A stretch of DNA of 63,311 nt from an uncultured bacterium (GTDB taxonomy: Bacteria; JAAXHH01): assembly GCA_913051705.1 (NCBI GenBank), contig CAJXCW010000001.1, forward strand, positions 1 through 63,311. Direction: 5' to 3'. This document shows positions 8,693 to 18,023 of the stretch, one piece after another. Under the pieces are notes generated by a model. The model had not been told where the DNA came from, ran no database searches, and saw only the letters and a list, made by a program, of their open reading frames with translations. A program made the translations under genes and the position numbers. Numbering within the stretch: the first letter of the stretch is position 1; each line of letters begins with the position of its first letter.

Positions 8693-9697
8693 ATGAGCCA
8701 ATCTTCTGAACAATTATTAAGCGTCCGTGATTTGAAGAAACATTTTCCGATCGGGGGGGGGCTATTCCAGAGGCACAAAGCGCAGCTTAAAGCCGTGGAC
8801 GGCGTGAGTTTTACGTTGCAGCGAGGTGAGACGCTCGGGCTGGTGGGAGAAAGCGGATGTGGTAAGACAACGGCTGGCCGTGTTATTCTTCGATTGCTTG
8901 AGCCGACGTCCGGTTCCGTGACGTTAACTACCTCATTACAGGAACATGAACCTCGTCAGGAACATGATATTTTTTCGTTAAAGAAAGAAACCCTGCGGCT
9001 GTTGCGACGTCAGATGCAGATTGTCTTTCAAGATCCTTACGGTTCGCTCAATCCTCGAATGACGGTGGGCACTTTGCTTCGCGAGCCCTTAATCATCCAT
9101 AACCTGGCGCCGCGAAACGAACTGGATGATCGGGTGGCTGACCTGCTCAATACCGTCGGTTTGAATCCTGCGCATGCACGGCGTTACCCGCATGAATTCA
9201 GCGGGGGCCAGCGTCAGCGTATCGGTATTGCCCGCGCCCTGGCCGTGCAACCGGAGCTGATTATCGCCGACGAGCCTGTTTCCGCTCTGGATGTCTCGAC
9301 CCAGGCGCAAATCATAAATCTGCTCAAAGCGTTACAGTCGAAATTTCAACTCGGCTATCTGTTTATATCGCATGATTTGCGTGTCGTGCGCCATATCAGT
9401 GATCGCGTGGCCGTGATGTATCTGGGCAAAATCGTAGAGACGGCGGAAAAGCATCAGTTGTACAGGCAGCCTCTGCATCCCTATACAGAAGCCTTGTTGT
9501 CTGCCGTACCCCTTCCCGATCCGACGCTTCAACGCAACCGAATTATCCTGACCGGTGATGTCCCCAATCCGGCCGATCCCCCCCCAGGCTGCCCATTCCA
9601 TACGCGGTGCCCCAGAGCTGAGACGCGCTGTAAGACCGAAGTGCCTGTTCTGGAGGATAAAGGGGCCGGGCACATGGCGGCGTGTCATCTGGTATAG
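8693..9697 (+). CDS. Oligopeptide/dipeptide ABC transporter ATP-binding protein (OppF-like)
   Basis: Start at [18 protein letters not shown]. Walker [10 protein letters not shown], signature FSGGQRQR, Walker [14 protein letters not shown]-terminal HPYTEALL...CPFHTRCP. Confidence 0.9.
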   Translation: MSQSSEQLLSVRDLKKHFPIGGGLFQRHKAQLKAVDGVSFTLQRGETLGLVGESGCGKTTAGRVILRLLEPTSGSVTLTTSLQEHEPRQEHDIFSLKKETLRLLRRQMQIVFQDPYGSLNPRMTVGTLLREPLIIHNLAPRNELDDRVADLLNTVGLNPAHARRYPHEFSGGQRQRIGIARALAVQPELIIADEPVSALDVSTQAQIINLLKALQSKFQLGYLFISHDLRVVRHISDRVAVMYLGKIVETAEKHQLYRQPLHPYTEALLSAVPLPDPTLQRNRIILTGDVPNPADPPPGCPFHTRCPRAETRCKTEVPVLEDKGAGHMAACHLV

Positions 9698-9707
9698 TAG
9701 TCCTTAT

Positions 9708-9769
9708 GTACTTGGTACTTCGTACTTTGGGAACACCAGACAAAGCACCAGGTACAAAGCACTAAGTAC
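9708..9769. repeat. Imperfect inverted heptamer pair (GTACTTN / ACAAAGC family)
   Basis: GTACTTGGTACTTCGTACTTTGG (9708-9730) against CCAGACAAAGCACCAGGTACAAAGCACTAAGTAC (9736-9769), 11 nt after the oppF-like stop. Same unit family as 1816-1914 and 60123-60155. Confidence 0.6.
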
Positions 9770-9771
9770 CT

Positions 9772-10805
9772 TTAAGGATTCTCCATAATCACCCGATTGA
9801 CCATGGCAATCAGGTCGGCAAGCTGGAACGGTTTGTACATATAGTAATTCCCGGTTCCCTCGACGAATTTCTCCGTTTCCAGATTCGCTGTATCACCTGC
9901 GATAAAAATAATCCGTCGGCTGAGCCGGTCGTCAAAACTCTTGCAATATGTCGCCATTATGGTGGAGAAAGGTATAATCGACAGATGGCGTCTGCAATGC
10001 TGTCCGGGCTGTATGCGTGATGTGATGCAGGATCTCTCTGGTATCTATCGGTCGGACCAGAGGGCGGGCTGTTTCATGGAGACTATCCAGAACCCGGGCT
10101 TCATGTCATATCTGTTTTGTGTCGGCGCCCATACCCGCGATGTTCCGTCTTAAAAGATAGGGGCCTCTCTGTTGCATCGTTTTCCACGCATCCTTCGCCT
10201 CCTTTTCGGAAGGCAGAGCCTGTTTCAATTTCGATACGGTGGCCTGCGTCCACTCTTTCAAGCCCTTGACATCATTGTCACCGAGACCGAACAGGACGAG
10301 AAAGGGTTCAAGCGCTTCGAGGTCATACTGCGCTCCGAAAGGCGGCGTATAGGCCACTTTATTTGCCAGGTATATACAACCGGCCAGATCGAGTGAGGCT
10401 GTTATATGCAAGGGCTGATGATGTAGCCAGACCGCCTCACCCATGGCAGCGGGCAATCGATTTTTTTCAAGGATCTGTCGTCCTGCTACAGCGTGATCTA
10501 TACCAAAAACCCGACGTTCTTCTTTAATGCGCTCTGAGGAGGCCGATTATCGGCCATATTCCTTGGGATGAAGGTGGGCCAGCGCCAATTTACCAATATC
10601 ATGCAGCGGTCCGGTGAATCCGGCCGGACTGCTGGGCGTAAGCCCGGCCTGCGTGGCCAGTTCCTGCGCCAACAAACGACAGGTGACGGCGTGTCGCCAG
10701 AAGACATCCATATCGAAAAATGAAGCGGCGATGGGGGCAGAGCAGAAGGTAGATCGGCAGGGCGAGATCAGACAAATCGGTGGACTGGATTTCGTGACGT
10801 GCCAT
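9772..10805 (-). pseudogene. Disrupted HDOD-domain / receiver-like signalling gene
   Basis: One minus-strand frame reads ...FWRHAVTCRLLAQELA...GPLHDIGKLALAHLHPKEYGR-TAA(10547-10549)-SASSERIKEERRVFGIDHAVAGRQILEKNRLPAAMGEAVWLHHQPLH...TKQI-TGA(10106-10108)-HEARVLDS...NGDILQEF. A 1-nt shift at a T4 run (plus-strand A4 at 9934-9937) then leads into DDRLSRRIIFIAGDT...YMYKPF. The N-terminal HDOD part is missing or frameshifted. Confidence 0.6.
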
Positions 10806-10949
10806 TCTTTTCGTCCACGCTCCCCTATATTACGTAACCAGGGAGGTTATAAAATACAGGCTTAGATTTTCAGAGCATAGGCGGAATATACAATATGTGG
10901 GGTTCAAACTCGTCTCAGGATGCTATATCCTGATTTTCTCGTCAAGCAA

Positions 10950-11215
10950 AATCATTGCTGAATAGGGAAGCCGCGGGTGATTTCCTTTGCCTTGGCGAAT
11001 ATAACGTCTTTTCTTACCTGCATCATGATTTCAGGTCAAACGCTTTTATCGTCATGGAATACGTCGAGGGCGCCGCGTTCGCTGAACGCATACCTTCAGG
11101 TAGGATGGATAATACGGGTGGTTTTCCATGTTGAATTCCTATAGGTCCTAACAGAAAGTGAACACGCATCGTTAAAGACATGCCCGAAGGCCTTAATCGC
11201 GCATCCATTCGGCCC
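10950..11215 (+). pseudogene. Possible relic of a Hanks-type Ser/Thr protein kinase
   Basis: The frame containing 11048-11071 reads ...LHHDFRSNAFIVMEYVEGAAFAERI (kinase hinge-like IVMEYVEG) and then stops. A VNTHR-stop segment follows in another frame, resembling HRD. There is no start codon and no intact ORF. Confidence 0.25.
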
Positions 11216-11350
11216 AAACTTGCTATGGATCCCCGTTTAAAGCCTGCGGGGATGACGGTTTTGTGACCTGATCAGCCTCATTTTTTAAAAGGGATAGGTA
11301 GCTATATTCTGCATCCTGCATCCAAATCAACCTCAACCCGGAAATACATC

Positions 11351-12211
11351 ATGATCCCCACACTACACTTCGGCCGGACAGGCCACGAGAGCACCCGCAC
11401 CATCTTCGGTGCCGCAGCACTGGGCGACGTTACCCAGAAGGAAGCGGATGCGACATTGGATTTATTGCTGGAACACGGCATAAACCATATCGATACCGCT
11501 GCCAGCTATGGTGAGTCGGAACTACGTATCGGGCCATGGATGGCGACCCATCGTCGTGATTTTTTTCTGGCGACCAAGACGAGGGAACGCACTTCGGAAA
11601 GCGCCAGGGAGAGTCTACACCGTTCTCTGGAACGGCTTCAGACGGATCAGGTCGATTTAATCCAGATGCATGCGTTGGTCAACCCGGAGAATTGGGATAC
11701 GGCTATGGGACCGGGCGGCGCCCTGGAAGCGCTGGTGGAGGCCAGAGCACAGGGACTGGTGCGTTTTATCGGGGTGACGGGCCACGGCGTGGAAATCCCT
11801 TCGATGCATCTGCGCAGCCTCGGTCACTTCGATTTTGATACCGTCCTGCTGCCGTATAACCACCCGATGATGCAGAATCGACGATATGCGGCGGACTTCA
11901 ACACCCTCACCGAGCTGTGCGGATTCCGGCGCGTGGCGGTACAGACCATCAAATCCCTGGCGCGCGGCCCCTATCCTGAAGGACAGGATCGCACCCACAC
12001 CACCTGGTACGCCCCGCTTGAAGACCAGTCGTCCATCGACAAAGCTGTACACTGGGTATTGAGTAACCCTCAAGTTTTTCTAAACACCGCCGGCGACATC
12101 CGCCTGTTGCCCAAAGTACTCGACGCGGCCGCCCGATTCGACGCCGGCCCCTCCGGCGAGATGATGGCTGATTTGATCGCACACGAATCGATGGAACCGT
12201 TGTTTGTTTGA
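11351..12211 (+). CDS. Aldo/keto reductase
   Basis: 286 aa. [23 protein letters not shown], and a typical AKR length and pattern. Confidence 0.85.
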   Translation: MIPTLHFGRTGHESTRTIFGAAALGDVTQKEADATLDLLLEHGINHIDTAASYGESELRIGPWMATHRRDFFLATKTRERTSESARESLHRSLERLQTDQVDLIQMHALVNPENWDTAMGPGGALEALVEARAQGLVRFIGVTGHGVEIPSMHLRSLGHFDFDTVLLPYNHPMMQNRRYAADFNTLTELCGFRRVAVQTIKSLARGPYPEGQDRTHTTWYAPLEDQSSIDKAVHWVLSNPQVFLNTAGDIRLLPKVLDAAARFDAGPSGEMMADLIAHESMEPLFV

Positions 12212-12312
12212 CGTATACTATTACCAATCTCTGGCGAAAAAGAGGTAATACCCTTTTAAAGAGGGTAATAACCATATTCTGAGATCACTACGTTTAAGAA
12301 AGAAGGAAAAAT

Positions 12313-13191
12313 ATGACATTCGGATCAGGCGAATACACGTACAGGGCAGATATGGACTGGGCGAAACGCCCGGAAGGGTGGACCTGGGGCTGGACGCCCG
12401 GCATGGCGTGCGACTCGCAGGGTAGAATTTTTGTGTCCTCACGTTGCGATCATCCGCTGGTATTGTTCGACGCGGATGGAAATTTTCTGGACTCATGGGG
12501 CGAAGGTATCCTGGACACCGCCGCCGCCCACGGGATTTATATCGACCCGGACGACAACGTCTATTGCACCGAATTCAATCGCCACTGTATCCGCAAGTTT
12601 AACCCGGACGGTGCACTGGTATTGACTATCGGGACACCCGGTGTCCCCGGTGCGCAGGACGGCGACCCATTCAATATACCCACCGACCTTGCGGTGGCTT
12701 CGACCGGTGAGCTGTTTATCTCGGACGGCTACGGCAACACGCGGGTGCACAAATATGCACCGGACGGCGAGCGGCAGCTGTCCTGGGGGGAACGCGGCAC
12801 CGGATCGGGGCAGTTCGATCTAAGCCACTGCGTCCGGATCGACAGACAGGATCGTGTCTGGGTATGCGATCGGGAAAACAGGCGCATACAAATCTTCGAC
12901 ACCGACGGTAACTACCTGACGGAGTGGACCGATCTTTTAGAGCCGAACCAGGTCTGTTTCGATCCGAATGAAGATATTGTCTATATCACGGAGTTGGCGC
13001 AACAGATCAGCATCTACACCCTCGACCACGAGTTGATTGCAAAATGGGGCGGGGGTGGCGACACACCGGGTGATGGACCGGGACAGTTTATCGGCGGGCC
13101 GCACGGCATCTGCATCGACGCACAGGGCAATCTGTACGTGGGTGAGGTGTTCACGGACGGTCGCTGGCATAAATATGTAAGGCAATCATAA
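12313..13191 (+). CDS. NHL-repeat beta-propeller protein (peptidyl-alpha-hydroxyglycine lyase-like)
   Basis: 292 aa with repeated blades of the form DxxGxxxVxD (GRIFVSSR, DNVYCTEF, GELFISDGYGN, DRVWVCDRENRRIQIFD, GNLYVGE). Confidence 0.65.
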   Translation: MTFGSGEYTYRADMDWAKRPEGWTWGWTPGMACDSQGRIFVSSRCDHPLVLFDADGNFLDSWGEGILDTAAAHGIYIDPDDNVYCTEFNRHCIRKFNPDGALVLTIGTPGVPGAQDGDPFNIPTDLAVASTGELFISDGYGNTRVHKYAPDGERQLSWGERGTGSGQFDLSHCVRIDRQDRVWVCDRENRRIQIFDTDGNYLTEWTDLLEPNQVCFDPNEDIVYITELAQQISIYTLDHELIAKWGGGGDTPGDGPGQFIGGPHGICIDAQGNLYVGEVFTDGRWHKYVRQS

Positions 13192-13233
13192 GTTCACGAC
13201 AATTTGTAACAGTCACCACAGGAGATTGCGCCT

Positions 13234-13650
13234 ATGCTTACACGTCTCTGGACGATCGGCGTGAAAGTAGCGGAGTTGGAGCAGGAACTCGCCTTTCACC
13301 GCCGGATTGGTCACGACATCGTCCTCGATGAGACCGTGACCGTCAATGAGCGCACGTTTCGTGTGGTTCTGCTGCGCATGGGCGACAAATATCTGCATCT
13401 ATTCGAAGAGGCGGTGTATGAAGACCAGTTAGCAGAACCGCTCGCCCCCGGCCCCTGTCATATCGTATACATCAGCGAAGACTTCGAACTGGACATCGCC
13501 GATATCCAGTCCGCCGGCGCGCATCTATTGTTTCCGTTAACAACCATTGAGGGTGAATTCGGCCGACGTCGCGTTGCGTTCTTCCGCTCGCCGGGCGGCA
13601 TGATTTTCGAGGTGATCAGAGTTTTGGAAAATCGTGTACCTGAAGTATGA
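13234..13650 (+). CDS. VOC/glyoxalase-family protein
   Basis: 138 aa, small two-module beta-alpha-beta-beta-beta-like pattern (IGVKVAELEQELAFHRRIG...GGMIFEVI). Weak, based on size and pattern only. Confidence 0.5.
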   Translation: MLTRLWTIGVKVAELEQELAFHRRIGHDIVLDETVTVNERTFRVVLLRMGDKYLHLFEEAVYEDQLAEPLAPGPCHIVYISEDFELDIADIQSAGAHLLFPLTTIEGEFGRRRVAFFRSPGGMIFEVIRVLENRVPEV

Positions 13651-13660
13651 CAGATATATT

Positions 13661-13790
13661 GGTGAATGGTGATTGATGAATGGTGATTGGAAAGTCATCT
13701 CTCCATCCTAAAAACCTGTCAAGTAGAACTTGATTCTCTATTCCTCTTCTTTTCAATCACCAATCACCATTCAGTCAATCACCATTCACC
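13661..13790. repeat. Inverted heptamer microsatellite pair (GGTGAWT / AWTCACC), 29 bp with one bulge
   Basis: 13661-13690 GGTGAATGGTGATTGATGAATGGTGATTGG against 13761-13790 CAATCACCATTCAGTCAATCACCATTCACC, plus an extra CAATCAC unit at 13754. Spacer about 63 nt. The right arm is translated only in the spurious extension from 13687. Confidence 0.9.
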
Positions 13791-13806
13791 CCTGGGGAGG
13801 CAAGTT

Positions 13807-14454
13807 ATGACCTTAGGCGTCCAGACCGCCTGTTTAGAGCAATATCCGCTTGGGGAAGTCCTGGATTTTCTACAGAAGACGGGAATCGGCCAGGTCGAAC
13901 TGATCAGCGGTCATCTGATGTACAAAACCCCGGCGTATTGCGAAGATGTAGCTGCTGAGGTTCATGAGCGCGGTATGACGATCTCAGGATACGTGTGGGA
14001 CGGCAACGGGGCGATACCCTGGTTTCAAGGGCGGCGTTTTCGGGCAATGGAACCGGGCGTACGGCTGGTTAATGAATTTCATCCGCCCGGTGATTTCGCC
14101 AGCACACCCGAACGAGCGATCGCATTGATCGATGAGGTGGATTCACCCAACTTCACGGCCTGCCTTGATTTCTGTCATGCAGAGGTCATGGCGCCCGGCG
14201 ACGCGGAAGGGTTCATCCGCAGGCTGGGCGTCGAACGCATCGGACATATACACATTGCCGGTGGTGACAGCCATCCCCACATGCACCGGGCCGTGGGAAC
14301 CGGTGAGGTGGACGCCATTCGCCTGTTGGCCGTGCTCAGGGAAATAGGCTATGACGCCAACTACTCCCTGTGCCTGTACGGCAACCCGCTGCCCAGGCGA
14401 GCCATTCGGCAGAGCGTGGACTATCTCCGGGCAAACGGCTATTTCGTCGCATGA
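13807..14454 (+). CDS. Sugar phosphate isomerase/epimerase (xylose isomerase-like TIM barrel), short form
   Basis: Start at MTLGVQTACLEQYPL, after the repeat. LDFCHAEV and IGHIHIAGG metal-site-like motifs. 215 aa is short for the family. Confidence 0.65.
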   Translation: MTLGVQTACLEQYPLGEVLDFLQKTGIGQVELISGHLMYKTPAYCEDVAAEVHERGMTISGYVWDGNGAIPWFQGRRFRAMEPGVRLVNEFHPPGDFASTPERAIALIDEVDSPNFTACLDFCHAEVMAPGDAEGFIRRLGVERIGHIHIAGGDSHPHMHRAVGTGEVDAIRLLAVLREIGYDANYSLCLYGNPLPRRAIRQSVDYLRANGYFVA

Positions 14455-14518
14455 TTTGAGACGCGTGGATTGTACCCTGCCGCATTTGGTAAAACGGGGA
14501 TCCATCTGATACAACGCA

Positions 14519-15541
14519 TCAACCCCAAAATTCAACTTCCATCTGTTTCCTCCGGTCACCCGGCAGGAAACTGGTTCTGACCGCATTCAGCAGAATCTCA
14601 TTGATGAGATCGAGATCACAGTCGAACACATCGGGCAGGAGGGCGATCTCTTCGGTCAGCGTGGTATTGAACAACGGCGGATCGTCGGAATTCACGGTGA
14701 CGATGACACCGGCATCGTACAACCGTCTCAGGGGGTGGGTTTCCATAGAGGGATAAACCCCCAGGCGAATATTACTCGTGGGGTTGATTTCAATGGGAAT
14801 GCGGTGTTCGGCAAGATAGGCGACCAGGTCTGGATCTTCTATGGCACGAACGCCGTGTCCAAGGCGTTCGGCCCCTAAATCTCGGATGGCGCTCCAGATA
14901 CTTTCCGGGCCGGCCAGCTCGCCTGCGTGCGGCGCGCTATGGAGACCGGCCTTGCGCGCCCGGTCGAACCAGGGGGCGAACGGCGCCGGTGGATAGCCGG
15001 CTTCCAGGCCGCCCAGGCCGAGAGCCACGACCCCGTCCTGCATCCCATCAATCGCCACACCTGTTGTATAATCCGCTGCAACCTGGTAAGATTCGCATCC
15101 CGCATGTTCTGCATTCCGTACGATGTCGAACACCCAGTTGATCTCCACACCGTATTCATCTTTTACCCGTTTTCGCCCTCGGGTCAATCCGGTGAAATAC
15201 GTGTCCTGATGTATCCCATTGATCCAGCGATGGCTACTCGGCGAGAACGTCACCTCGGCATACCGGATGTTCTGACGGGCCATTTCCGCCCCGAACTCAT
15301 GGACAATCAGCTCAAAATCTTCCACCGTCTTTAAACACTCGGTAATCTTGACATAGACTTCTATGAAGTGGTGAAAATCTTGAAATTGGTACCAAGCTCT
15401 CAGGCCTTCCACCGTTTCGGCCGGCAGATCGACGCGGTGCCGTTTTGCCAGCGCCAGTAACGTCTCCGGCTGGATGGAGCCTTCAAGGTGTACGTGAAGT
15501 TCTACTTTGGGTACGGTACGGATGTAGTCTGATAGGGACAT
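14519..15541 (-). CDS. add: Adenosine deaminase
   Basis: Start at MSLSDYIRTVPKVELHVHLEGSIQPETLL, the canonical Add N-terminus. HAGE (APHAGELAG), SDDPPLF, about 340 aa. Confidence 0.88.
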   Translation of the reverse strand: MSLSDYIRTVPKVELHVHLEGSIQPETLLALAKRHRVDLPAETVEGLRAWYQFQDFHHFIEVYVKITECLKTVEDFELIVHEFGAEMARQNIRYAEVTFSPSSHRWINGIHQDTYFTGLTRGRKRVKDEYGVEINWVFDIVRNAEHAGCESYQVAADYTTGVAIDGMQDGVVALGLGGLEAGYPPAPFAPWFDRARKAGLHSAPHAGELAGPESIWSAIRDLGAERLGHGVRAIEDPDLVAYLAEHRIPIEINPTSNIRLGVYPSMETHPLRRLYDAGVIVTVNSDDPPLFNTTLTEEIALLPDVFDCDLDLINEILLNAVRTSFLPGDRRKQMEVEFWG

Positions 15542-15801
15542 GGGAAATGGGCAGGTGGGTACTATGTAGACAGTTCCGAGCAGGAAGTTCCGAGTACGGG
15601 CGATAACACTCGGGCCTCGGAACTCAGAACTATTCTGCAGGCAGGTGTGCAGGGCTGCCGGTTTGTCATTATTAAGATAAGATAAGGTATAGACAACAGG
15701 TTTCAAATCAGAAATTTAATTGACGTGAACAGGATGGTATGAAATATTGATGGGATGCGGATGGATACCGATGTCTCACGCTATTTTCTCAGGAGTGTTC
15801 T

Positions 15802-16632
15802 ATGGATTTTTTTATCGTCAGCGGCGGTCGATTCAAACTGGACGGCGGCAGTGTCTTCGGTATTGTACCCAAACCGCTGTGGGAGAAGATACGTCCGGCG
15901 GATGAGCACAATCGGGTTGACATGAACACCAATTGTCTGCTGGTGCGTACCGGCAGCAGCCATATCCTGATCGATACCGGTTATGGCAATAAAATGGCCG
16001 AGAAGAACCGCCGTATTTACGGCATGTCGGGCACGACCATCGTAGATTCGCTGGCTGCCATCGGGGTCAAAGCGGCAGATATTGATCTGGTCATCCTGAG
16101 CCATCTTCATTTCGATCATGCGGGCGGTGCGACGGTATCGGATCTGGAAGGCCACCTGTATCCGGCTTTTCCCGAAGCAAAATATGTGGTGCAAAAAGGG
16201 GAGTGGGAAGATGCCATAAATGGTTATGCAACCATGACATCGTCCTATCTCGAAGAAAATTACGCCCCGCTTATAGATCAGAATATGTTGACCCTGTTGG
16301 ATGGAGATGTGGAGGTGTGGGATCGCATACGCGTGCAGATCACGGGCGGTCATACCCGGCATCATCAGATGGTCCTCATCGAATCCGATGAGGCGACCGT
16401 CGTGTACGCCGGTGATATATTACCCATGACCACACATCTTCGCGCCGCCTACAACATGGCGTATGATCTATTTCCCTACGACTCGATGATTCAGAAAAGT
16501 CGGGTCCTTGAACAGGCGGCTTCAGAAGGCTGGATTATCATATGGGATCATGATCCAAACGTACCGGCGGGACGTGTGTATCATGAGGGAGAGGGGAGGT
16601 ACAGGTTTGAGGCGGTAAGCTTCAAGGCGTAG
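15802..16632 (+). CDS. MBL-fold metallo-hydrolase
   Basis: 276 aa. HxHxDH motif SHLHFDHAGG, with a later GGHTRHH. Confidence 0.8.
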   Translation: MDFFIVSGGRFKLDGGSVFGIVPKPLWEKIRPADEHNRVDMNTNCLLVRTGSSHILIDTGYGNKMAEKNRRIYGMSGTTIVDSLAAIGVKAADIDLVILSHLHFDHAGGATVSDLEGHLYPAFPEAKYVVQKGEWEDAINGYATMTSSYLEENYAPLIDQNMLTLLDGDVEVWDRIRVQITGGHTRHHQMVLIESDEATVVYAGDILPMTTHLRAAYNMAYDLFPYDSMIQKSRVLEQAASEGWIIIWDHDPNVPAGRVYHEGEGRYRFEAVSFKA

Positions 16633-16638
16633 GGTGCC

Positions 16639-17001
16639 TCAGTTCATCAACAGATGCCCGGCCAGATGGGTTTGTAATTGCTCAAAGCGGAACGGTTTTG
16701 CGATATAATCACAGGCGCCGCGTTGTATCGTCTCTTACGCAATACCTTCATCCGTCGTTGCTGTAACCATAATGACCGGAATTTTACTATCCCGCTCTTT
16801 AATTTTCTGGAGGGTCTGAACCCCATCCATACCCGGCATGCGGATATCCAGTAAGACGATTTCAGGTTGAAAGGTCTCCAGTTGCGCGAGAGCCAGGGGA
16901 CCACTCTCCGCTTCAGCAACCTTGTAACCACTTCGACCCAGGATAATAGCCAGCACACTTCAAACCGATTTTTCGCCATCAACAATGAGTACACGATTCA
17001 C
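16639..17001 (-). pseudogene. CheY-like single-domain response regulator with two in-frame stop codons
   Basis: GGAGGA SD followed by GTG at 17001. A single frame reads VNRVLIVDGEKSV-TGA(16960-16962)-SVLAIILGRSGYKVAEAESGPLALAQLETFQPEIVLLDIRMPGMDGVQTLQKIKERDSKIPVIMVTATTDEGIA-TAA(16735-16737)-ETIQRGACDYIAKPFRFEQLQTHLAGHLLMN-stop. The phospho-acceptor D, the T and the K (KPF) are all retained, and there is no frameshift. Confidence 0.8.
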
Positions 17002-17105
17002 CGGTTTCCTCCGACGTTGAAATTTTCTAAATGCGAATAAAAGGCAAAAATACGTATCCGGATGATATGCGTCCTCTACCATTAACGGCACATGCATGGT
17101 AAAAC

Positions 17106-17918
17106 TTAAGTAAAAATCGCATTCAACACACCGGCCAGGCGGATGCCGGCCTGAAGAAGTCTTTGCTGGACGGTGGCCTTGTTTTTGAAGACGTAGTAAA
17201 AGCGCAGGTTGGGAAGACCGTCCTGGTCACTGCCGACATCATAGACGCCTTCGAGCAATGCACGCGACTCCCTGGCCCATTCGAGGATCGGCGCCTGTTG
17301 CCAGGCGTTGATCTGGACCTCTGTAGCATGGTCGATAAATTCGACGAACTCGGTATATCCCAGGGATTCGTATTCGATGAGTTCGGTATCCCAGACCGCA
17401 TGCAGGTTGGAAGGCCCACCAAACCACCTTACTTTGATGTCATTCCCGCCCCGATCTTTACCGTACCCTGCGTGTAACGGTTGATGGATATCTCCCACAA
17501 AGTGAACGATAAATTTCAAGGCTTCCGCTTTCGCCTGTCGTGAACTCCCGGAATCACGTAACACCTGCTCGAACCGCGCCAGCGATTCGATGATATCACC
17601 GTTCGGATTCTTGGCGGCATTCTCGAAGGTTTCTCCGGCCTCCACATTGATGTAATGCCAGGGGTTGGCATGGCGCCAGGCTCGATCGGACTTGATTTCA
17701 TCCGCCCAGGTGCTCACCTGCGCCAGACTCTCCGGTCCGATGAGTTCGGCGACGGCCTGCCGGGCTTCGGGTGTCAGATGGTTTTCGGCGATCCTCCCTA
17801 CGATACGATGCCCGTTCTGCCCCCAGGCCATGGCGGAAGTGGTCCATATCAGGATGGATAGAACAGCGCTGATACCATATTTCAAATGCATCATAGGACT
17901 CCTGAATAAGAAAAACAA
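17106..17918 (-). CDS. Secreted S1/P1-family nuclease
   Basis: Signal peptide ending AMAWG, then the canonical mature N-terminus WGQNGHRIVGRIAE. HFVGDIHQPLHAG and NLHAVWD zinc-site motifs. Confidence 0.82.
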   Translation of the reverse strand: MFFLFRSPMMHLKYGISAVLSILIWTTSAMAWGQNGHRIVGRIAENHLTPEARQAVAELIGPESLAQVSTWADEIKSDRAWRHANPWHYINVEAGETFENAAKNPNGDIIESLARFEQVLRDSGSSRQAKAEALKFIVHFVGDIHQPLHAGYGKDRGGNDIKVRWFGGPSNLHAVWDTELIEYESLGYTEFVEFIDHATEVQINAWQQAPILEWARESRALLEGVYDVGSDQDGLPNLRFYYVFKNKATVQQRLLQAGIRLAGVLNAIFT

Positions 17919-17939
17919 AAATCAAACGATGACGGCGAG

Positions 17940-17984
17940 AGTTCCTTGAATATAACCATACAGCATGGCAATAATCAAGGAACT
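17940..17984. repeat. 10-bp perfect hairpin between the PhyH and nuclease genes
   Basis: AGTTCCTTGA (17940-17949) and TCAAGGAACT (17975-17984), 25-nt loop, no U tract. Confidence 0.6.
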
Positions 17985-18023
17985 ATGATCTCAAGCGTCC
18001 GTCAGGTCTGATCTGCAATCCCA

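Noticed and set aside
10899-10911. tRNA-like T-arm sequence GGGGTTCAAACTC
   Set aside because: The flanking sequence cannot form a 5-bp T-stem, acceptor stem or anticodon arm. No cloverleaf could be built by hand.
15573-15624. GGAACTT-N16-TCTA sigma-E-like promoter upstream of add
   Set aside because: The GGAAC words are simply units of the local GTTCCGAG repeat arms. The -10 match is weak and the spacing is ambiguous between repeat copies.
16960-16962. In-frame TGA in the receiver gene as selenocysteine or programmed recoding
   Set aside because: The same gene also contains an in-frame TAA, and the HDOD gene has both TAA and TGA. The position is not a redox-active site. No SECIS-like hairpin is evident immediately downstream. 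The alternative remains listed as a possibility in the finding.
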